The notes under the pieces are model-generated. The model saw nothing but the letters and a program-made list of their open reading frames with translations, did not search any database and was not told the DNA's origin. A program made the translations under genes and the position numbers. Of a stretch of DNA of 64,000 nucleotides, positions 56,109 through 64,000 are shown piece by piece. The DNA is taken from the NCBI GenBank assembly GCA_025594325.1, contig JANHCV010000011.1, positions 124,001 through 188,000 on the forward strand, written 5' to 3'. Positions within the stretch are counted from its first letter, which is position 1, and each line of letters opens with the position of its first letter. This DNA is from Blastocladiella emersonii ATCC 22665 (taxonomy: Eukaryota; Fungi; Blastocladiomycota).

Positions 56109-57521
56109 GGTTGATGCGTCGAATCTGAAGCGAGAGGAGGAAGAGCGCGGTCCAGCTCAAACTCGAGTTCGTTGGTCGGTTTGCTCGCCCACCTCTCGCG
56201 GGAGGAAGCGGGATCACAAGGGTCGTGTCCAGCTGTGTGTGGCCACCGTGGCCTCAGCACTCGAGACGGTGGACAGATTCGCTCTCTCGCTCCTCAGCAG
56301 CCTTCGGGCAGTGTGGATTGCTGGGCAGCATCAGTCTCGTGGTAGACCAGCGGGCCAAACCGCGGCCGCTCGTCCGTGGCCGCGCCTGTCGGAAGGGGTA
56401 CTCCTGCGAGCCTGGTCCCACAGACATTTTTGAATACGCACCGCTCCGTTCCGAGCTCTCTTCTTGCCTGAAACGTGTCGATGAGGCCGAGGGACTGACG
56501 GCGTGAAGTGAGAGAGGTGAGGAGTGTCCGCCGCCGTCGTTGAAGGACAGGTCGAGGGGTCCACATGGCCACCGAGCAGGCGTGCCCTCAACACAGACTC
56601 GTCGCGGCTGAGCAAGAACTTGAATCGGAAGTCAGATCACGCGTGCCATCACGTCGTCCATCAGCGCGCTGTTTCAAACATGTACGACGCGCAGGTCGTC
56701 CGGCTCGTCCTTGTCAATCGGCGGGAGGTACACGGGCTCGCTTGCTGCGTCCAAAGGTAGTTTGGTCGCCTCCTCAGGCGCGCAAACGCAACAACGGCCG
56801 TACGTGTCCAGCGACGCCGTGCCACCGTGGCCACGGGTAAACAACTTGTTAGACAGGTGGCATTACGCTTCACAATTTTTCATAGTTCTATGTGGAAGTC
56901 CCGGCCGGCGTGATTATCAAGTCGGTTGGCCGTTTGATCGAATGTAAGATCGCAGTCGCGCGACGCGTCGCAAGCAAGCAGCTAACTCAAACTTGGGCAG
57001 CCGCAGTAGGCAAGAGCTGACAAGCAATCTATTCACAAAGGGAGAGGGAATAGTCGCGCATAGAGTCTGTGGCCCATGTCTATGGTCATGAAAAAGAAGT
57101 AGGGCCAGGTCCGCGCGAGGAAACACACACACACACAGCATCACCAAACCGCGCCGAACCCGCCAAGTCGATCCAGAGTCGATCGACTTGTTCTCGTTCG
57201 AGATGGCCGAGAAAATCGATCCACGCGTCGAATGAGTATCGATTAGCGTGAGCTCAAGTCATTCGACCTGTTGATCGACTTGCTTGTCATTCGACCTATG
57301 GACATGATTGATCGATCAAGTTAAAAGCTAGAACGACTCATCGAACGAGTGTGGATCGAGATATGCCCCGCGCCGATTGATAAAATGCCGATCTGTCCCA
57401 GCAGAATGTCAGACAAGTGGTCGAGCGGCGCGAGACGTGCCTCAAATGACGTCTCCACTCGCGCCGATTGAGTTCCAGCTAATTTGCAGCTCCAAATCAA
57501 CTGATGAGAATGAGCTATCCG

Positions 57522-58165
57522 TTAAGTAGCGCATCGACTTTGCACTGTATCGCCATGCTCAGGCTCGTGCGCTTCCAGCGCGTCGCCACACGTCGGGTTC
57601 GCGCCTTCGGGATCGCGGCGGTCCACAAAGTCAAGAAAGTTGGAGATCTGCGGCATCATGAGCAGCGTGAGGCTCGCGTCGTCGTCGTACACGGCGATGA
57701 GGTACTCGGTGTACCCGCCCTAGTGCGCCAACGAGGGGCGGTTCCCGTTCGGCGCGACGTGAAGGAAGGCCGAGATGGCCGACAGCGGCACGATGTGGAA
57801 CTCACACGTGGCGGGCTGCGTGGGACGGAGAGGAAACGTCTGCACGACGTAGAGGCCCGGCGGAACGACGTGCGGCACCGACTGGTACAGGTGGAAATGC
57901 TCAACGACCGTGCTTTCGAGCTGCATGCCGTCCAACTCCAGGTTGACGAGCCAGGTGCGCGTTTCCGCTCGACCAAGCGCGACGGAGGGCAACAACGCGC
58001 TCAAAACACCTCACTTGCGACTCATAAAGCTTCAAGATGTGAGAGCCCTCACGACCGCCGTGGCGACCTTCTCCACGCGAGAGGAGCGCCGCGGCGCGGC
58101 TTGCTTGCCAGCCAGGTCTGTATCGACCAAATTCCAGAGCTCACGGCGCAGCCACATGCTTGCAG
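57522..58165 (-). pseudogene. Gene remnant inside E3; by eye a BAH/BAM-like domain as at the C-terminus of Plavaka-type transposases
   Basis: TVVEHF...PPGLYVVQ...FHIVPLSAISAFLHVAP...H*GGYTEYLIAVYDD; in-frame TAG at 57720-57722 and two more stops upstream. The family assignment is recalled pattern only. Confidence 0.45.
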
Positions 58166-58344
58166 CAAGTAATTCATGGATCAGTCATAGGTGCGACGTC
58201 GTGGTGCTGTCGCCAGGAGGAGAGAGCGCCGCTGCAGCGAAGGGAGGAGCGAAACGCGTCAAAGCAATCGTCACGTGAGCTCGTCGATCGTTTCGGGACT
58301 TCGCTCGCGGCGGCTCGCGCTCCCTCGCCCCATCACCACCAACC

Positions 58345-60140
58345 ATGCCATCGACCCGCTCGATACCTGCGACCTCGTGCAACCGCCTGCACTATCACCC
58401 CTCGACCTCCATGTAACTCATGTCGACGCGCATCCGCCCGACGCCGCCACGGGCCCGCGCCGCTTGGTGACTTCCACAGTATGCGTCTCTTGCCTTCTCC
58501 TCCCCCGCGACGTGCATCTGCAGTCATTCCTCGAGTCCGCCGAGACGCCCTGCACGCGTCGACGGGACTCGCGCCCGCTGCGCTCGATGTCCACGCCGCG
58601 TTCCCACGCCTTTCGCGCCGGCTGTCCGTTCGCTCACTGACGCACTCACCTTACGACCGCTTCGCCCTGTTTCTTAGCCTTCGACGAGCACCTCGAGCAC
58701 CTCAAGCTGCAACGGCTCTTGTGGGGTCCGCGGAGACGCGTTGGCGTCGATCCTGAACAAGGTCGTGACAAGGTACGTGATGTGCGACTCGGTCTACCTC
58801 TCCTGTGGACCGAGACTAACACGTTCGCGGCCGCCATGAGTAGGGCACCGAGTACGCCAAGCAGCGGCAAGTGGGCTGACCCTCACCTGCGGCATCAACT
58901 CGCGCACGACGCGCCCAAGCCCGCGAGGTACGGTCCTTCTCCTTCGCGTTCTCGGCGCGATTTGCGCTGCGTGCGGGCACCGCCGAGCTTCGAGTTCCCG
59001 AGCGGTCTCGCTCGTGTCGTCCGTCGGTGCGGGTCTCGGCGACGTGGCTCGCGTGCTCGCGTCGAGCAGACTCTTCGCCTGACTTTTTGCTCACTTGTCT
59101 CCGCCACGTCGCCCATAGCCTCGGTCAACGACAAAAAACCTCAACTATGATCAACAACACGCTGTGAGGCGCTGCTCGGGTCGTCGCTGGCCTCAAGCAC
59201 GCGCTCGGCTGCGCGTGCGAGTCCCAGTTCTAGGCATGCGACTCGGTCGGCGTCCTCGCGGACCGACACTGACACGGCCGGCTCGAGTAGGTCATCAAGT
59301 ACACCACGCTGCAGCGGCAAGGTCCGCCTCGTCGTCCGCCCTTGCGGCACGCCCGAGGTCATGCGGTACGGGCTCCATCCCTCTTGTACTCGTTGTGATT
59401 AATCGCCCGGCACGTCGGCGCTGTCCGGTTCTACCGCACGCGAGCTGGTGCGCTCGGGTTCTGACCTGGTGCCTGCCGACACGACCCGCTCGCCCAACAC
59501 CTTCTTGATCATCGCTCACTCGTCGCCGCCACGTCACCCATAGGCTCGATCTACCACGGCAAGCTGCTGCGGGGCTCGCCCACCGACTGGTCGGCGCTGC
59601 CCTCGAGCCCGCACTCGGCCGCGTACTCGTTCATGGTCAAGGTCTGCGACCCGGTCCGACCTTCCCGTATCCCGACTCCTGGTTGACCGTTACACATTCG
59701 CAGTAGCTGAACAAGCCGGGCTCCTGCTGCACTCGCTGTCGAGTCGGGTTGCGTTCACGGCCGGGTCAAGAACTCAGACTCACGCTGACGTACGAGATCA
59801 ACTCGGTCCCCGCGCGTCCCCACCACCTGCTGCTCGAGTACCTCTTCAAGTCAACCAGCTGCACCGCGTGCCGCTGCCCTCGCCAACCGCCTTCAAGGTC
59901 CACCTGCTCGAGTCGGCCGTCGAGCAGCTCAAGTCCTTCAACGACGCGAGCAGTCAAGAAGCAGGACTGACGGCGACCGCGGCCAAGGCGACGGGGCTCG
60001 CGGCGTGTGTCACGGTCAACTGCCTGCGCGCCGACGCGTCGCTCGTCGCACGGGCGGGTCGCCGACCAAGCTGCGGCCTTCGCCGTCGGCTCTTCCTGTC
60101 CCTCCCACCTCATCCTGCGCGTGCGGCCGCGTATATATAT
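58345..60140 (+). pseudogene. Multi-exon gene remnant inside E3
   Basis: Introns at 58479-58523, 58773-58843 (GACTAAC branch) and 59642-59703, among others. Exons include GSIYHGKLLRG...LPSSPHSAAYSFMVK and VPLPSPTAFKVHLLESAVEQL. A second copy lies at 1-659. Confidence 0.6.
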
Positions 60141-60454
60141 CAAATTGCGTCTCATTCGGTGTGCCGCTCAAGGTCAGGACTTGGTCATGCGAGTGATCGT
60201 TCGACGCTTGCAGCGGACCCGATCAACATGTTACTTTTATCAATCGGGCAGGAAAAGATCTCGTTCGATAGTTGGAGTGGTCACACGACGCGTCGTTCAA
60301 GTGCACGTGAAATCTCGATCGACGCGTCAGGTCAAGTCGATTAAAGGGTCGATCAAAAAAGTAAAACATCGGTTCGACGTCGATCGATTTTATTTGACTG
60401 GGGCGCGGTTCGGTGATGCACACACACAATGGGAAGAAATGAAAGGCGGAGTCC

Positions 60455-62166
60455 TCACGCGCGGTACTTGGTCATCGGGGCAGCGTGACGGTTGACCTGC
60501 GAGACCTGCACTACGGTTGCGCCAGCTGGCGTAGTTGGGTCCGCCGTCGACCCGGGCAGGAAAAGCACGTCGTCGCGTGGCACAGCCGCCACGGGAGCGG
60601 CGTAAGCTGCAGTCTGCATCGACTGTTGCGGATACGTGGCCTTGAAAGTGTACTCACCAGCGTCCATGGACGTGGTGGTGGCGATTGGCCCTGCAGCACC
60701 AGCGTTGGTCGAGGAAGCCGTGGCGGCCTTCTTGCGCTTCAAGATGACAAGCGCGGCGCCGCACAAAACCACAGCCGCGCCGCCAACCGCGGCAGCTGCA
60801 ATGATCCCAATTGGCGCACCAGAAGCCGCACCGTCAATGAGCGGCGTGGTGGACGGCGCGCTGGTGGCGGTCGGTGTGACCGTCGCGGTGCCTGTGCTGA
60901 TCGTGCCAAAGCCGAAGGCGACGGCGAGCTCGGCGTCAGTCGGCGGGGTGAACGTGTCCGACCACTCGAACTTGAGGCCAGAGTCCTCGGCAATCACGTT
61001 GAGGATGTACAGATGGCGCTTGTCGGTCTGGTCGCCGCCCTACCATTCGAGAGTGCATAGTTGGTCAGTCAGCGCGTTGAGCGAAGCGAGCGTAAGGGGC
61101 ACAACAATCCGTTATACTGTACCAGCTTGCCGCCGACGAGGAGAATCTGGTTCCCAACCACGACGAGCGACGTCGAGTCGATTGACCTGGGCCCAGCAGA
61201 CGCGTTGATGATGGTGCCAGCCGTGGCCGGCGCCGTGCGCGAGAGGTCAAAGTACTCGACAAGCGGATCAGCGTCGCCAATCGTGATCGCGTAGCGCGTG
61301 CCCTTGGCCGACATGAAGCCGACGATCCGGTGCAGCTCGCGAGGTTTGAGCATGCGGTGCGGGTACAGCGACCACAACGCGGACGGGATGTTGTAGAGCC
61401 AAGCGTCGTCCTGCCGCTGGCCCTTGGCGATGCCGCCGCTGACCATGAGGTGGGTCTGGTTGAGTCGGCCGAGCGCGCCGCTCTCGCGGGGAGGAACACC
61501 GCTTGGCGGCTGGGCCTGCAGCTCGCCCTTGACGCGAAGCACGCGCAGCGTGTCGGTCGCGGGCTGCCCGTCAGTGCCCGGCAGATTCCCACCGAAGCAG
61601 TAGGCTGCGGGATCCGAGGGGAGCTGCGCGGCATTGGGCCCAAACCACTCTTGAACGGGCACCATGGCCGCCGAGCGCGCGCACCAGCGGAAGTTGACGT
61701 TGAGCTGGTCGGGCAGCATGGCCGTCGTGTGGTCGGGAACCTCGTAGCGCCACGCATTGCGGTTCGGCGTGAAGGTCGAGCCGCTCGCGTCGCGAGTCCA
61801 GCCGGCGGCGAGCTCGATGACAAAGTTGCCGGCCTTGGTGCCCTTGTACACGAGCGGGATCAGCTGGGACACGTTCTTGGACAGGGGCGTCAGGTCGCGC
61901 GAGAAGGGCACGCTGTCGAGCTTGAAGGGCGAGGCGAGGTCGACGTAGAAGACGTTCGGGCGAGGGCCTTGGTCGTCCTCGCCGCCAAACACGTAGAGGC
62001 GCTTGAGCGACGGGACGTGGGCGAGCGCAAAGTTCCGCGAGTTGGACGGCGGCGGCGTCGACTGGGCAAGGCAAAGCACCGGGAGACAGGCGACCGCGAC
62101 CAGGAGCGCAGACACGACAGAAAAGCGCGACGGCACGTTGGCACGGGCGTGGGGCGACATGTTCAT
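60455..62166 (-). CDS. Kelch/galactose-oxidase-repeat type I membrane protein
   Basis: Signal peptide, kelch GG motifs (LYVFGG, YCFGG, LMVSGG, ILLVGG), Ser/Thr stalk, TM helix IGIIAAAAVGGAAVVLCGAALVIL followed by KRKK. Intron 61040-61122. Confidence 0.85.
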
Positions 62167-62549
62167 GTTGACGGAGGCGCTGGGCCCAGCAAGGATGGTC
62201 GACGAGGATCGGCGTCAAGGTCGGGCGACGAGAGCAGCGTGAAGCGGGCCGCCCACCATGCCGCCGACCGTGCCGCCGTGTCAAGACGCCCTCCAAGGAT
62301 GTCCGTGGTTTGCTCAAAGCGGGATCACCCGGGACATCAGCTGCATGGCGAGTGACGGGAGTGAGAGGACCCATGTGGGCGACGCCGGTCCGACCAAGCA
62401 GGAAAGAGCGAAGGGCGCGAGGACAAGGGCGGCCACCGACGTCAAGGCCGCTGGCGGGTTTCAGCCTCGCTTGTCGAGCCTGGACAGTTGCGCTCTGTCC
62501 GTTCTCTTCGTCGCCCGCCTGGCTTCTGTCTGGCCTGGTAATAAGAACA

Positions 62550-63765
62550 ATGCAGACCAAGGAGCGGTATGCGGTAGCGGGCCTGGCCCTGCTGGTGCTT
62601 GTCGTGCTCATGTTCCGTGCGTAGCCGGCCCATCCGCATCACACACGTCAAAGCTAACACAGGCGCGTTGCAACCTGGTGTAGAGTACTCGGCCCCGGCC
62701 GGGACTGCCTCGGCACGCGTGTATCCTGTCCCGCTCAAGGAGAAGGTGCTTAGCGCAACCGCGCGGCCCGACTCGGACGAGCTGCAGCGGTCCAACGCAA
62801 CGACTGAGGCGAGTCCTGGCGACCGTATCAGCCATAACATCACGGCCGCGCCGACTCCGCCCCCTCCCCCGCCGGTCGTGCGGTCGCACCCGCTCACGCT
62901 CGCTGCAGCTGCCCTCGACGAGTGGGCCGAGGCGCACGCGCGCAACGCGACCGACGCGCAGTGGCCGCTGCCCAAGGTGGTGCACAGCAAGTGGTCGGCG
63001 GGCCGCGCGCTGCCGTCCAAGGCGCAGGCGTGCGTGGACCGGTGGAAGGCCATGAACCCGGGCACGGCGGTGCTGCTGTGGACCGACGCGGACGCGGACG
63101 ATTTCGTGCAGCGGTACCACCCGGCGGTGTGGCCCGTGTACCGCGACGTGCCGCGGGCCATCATGCGCGCCGACCTGTTCCGCGTGCTCGTCGTGTACAC
63201 GTTCGGCGGCGTGTGGGCCGACGTGGACGCGTGCCCGCTCAAGCCGATGCGCGAGTGGCCGGTGCAGCGCGGCGACCAGCTCGTTGTCGGCGTCGAGGCC
63301 GACATGGAGTCGGATACGTGGCCGCAGCACTTTGCGCGCCGGTTCCAGTTCTGCACCTGGACGTTTGCCGCGGCGCCCGCGCACCCGGCCATCGCCAACA
63401 TCCTGCACCTCAGCCTGACGACGATCCTGCGCCGGCGCGTGCCCGGCACCGGTGCCGCGGGCGAGGCGCCGCAGTGGGACCCGCCCGTCACTGACAACGA
63501 CGTGCTCGACCTGACGGGGCCCGGGATCTTCACGGACGGCGTGTTCCCGTACCTCGGGCGGTTCGGCGACACCTCGTTCGCGGCGATGCACTTCATGGAG
63601 GCGCCGCGGCGATTCGGCGACGCCGTGGTGCTCCCGCTGTGGCAGTTCTCGCCCGGCAGCTGGCAGGCGCTCACGAGCCGGCCGTCGTACTCGCGCTCCG
63701 ACGCGGACCCCGACGCCCTCATCAAGCACCTCTTCCTCGGGTCCTGGCGCAACGGTGGGGCCTAA
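62550..63765 (+). CDS. GT32 glycosyltransferase (Och1/Hoc1-like alpha-1,6-mannosyltransferase family)
   Basis: Type II N-terminal TM (YAVAGLALLVLVVLMF), intron 62617-62662, LPKVVH..W, RADLFRVLVVYTFGGVWADVD (DxD), QFCTWTFAA...HP, LDLTGPGIFTD, IKHLFLGSW. Confidence 0.92.
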
Positions 63766-64000
63766 AGCCCTCTCTGATCTTCATCCATAGACGTTTTCAT
63801 ACGCCGTCGGCGCGACGCGAGGCCCCGGAAAGTGATGTCAGGTCTCAAGGTTTGGGGCGGAGGGGATAAATGCCAGCTCGCGTCTCGCTCACGTGTGCCC
63901 GTCGCCAAGCTTCGCGCTTGGGCGTTGCTCGCGGCGCCACCACGCCGCGCCCTCCCAGGATTCGGTCGCCGCCCCCTCCCTCTCCCTCTTCGCGCTCACA

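Larger units (their letters stand above)
57139..60418. mobile_element. TIR element E3 (3280 bp), CATC...GATG ends, inserted in a (CA)n tract
   Basis: CATCACCAAACCGCGCC vs right-end reverse complement CATCACCGAACCGCGCC (16/17). Flanks are (CA)7G on the left and (CA)5 on the right. TCGA/ATCGAT arrays at about 57165-57360 and 60195-60390. Confidence 0.85.

Noticed and set aside
58479-58523. F-box-like string LLLPRDVHLQSFL in the E3 plus-strand gene
   Set aside because: It falls in a GTATGC...CAG intron, and the homologous copy near 500-555 has an indel there. The E1 string MHLLQDCIEHIAKAC is too short to call an F-box on its own.

Overview
Eukaryotic DNA with short GT-AG introns (GTACGC/GTGCGT donors, CTRAC branch sites) and very GC-rich exons. 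It reads like an early-diverging fungus, possibly Blastocladiomycota (inference only). Bases 1-21,300 are a nest of decayed transposons around one intact tRNA-Gln(CTG) gene. A minus-strand Ty3/gypsy chromovirus (LTRs 3565-3716 and 21043-21197) is split by a Helitron-derived insert and by a large block containing a Helitron Rep/Pif1-helicase pseudogene. That helicase frame is itself cut by two terminal-inverted-repeat (TIR) elements. Bases 21,700-64,000 are gene-dense: an ankyrin protein, two hypothetical genes, SEC23, MDM31, mitochondrial TrpRS, VPS4, RRG9, an Rpr2/Snm1-like protein, two tandem membrane paralogs, an ADAM protease, a low-complexity ORF, NFX1/FAP1, RPN12, a single-pass membrane protein, a kelch membrane protein and a GT32 glycosyltransferase. 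A third TIR element lies at 57139-60418. The main candidate for a new system is this set of three TIR elements (E1 10111-12596, E2 13771-17487, E3 57139-60418). All have CATC...GATG termini, TG/CA target dinucleotides and dense subterminal arrays of an element-specific palindrome (AGATCT, CAAATTTG or TCGA). Each carries a head-to-head pair of decayed genes. E1 and E2 sit in tandem target duplications far longer than a normal target-site duplication (TSD). All family assignments are by eye; no database search was run.
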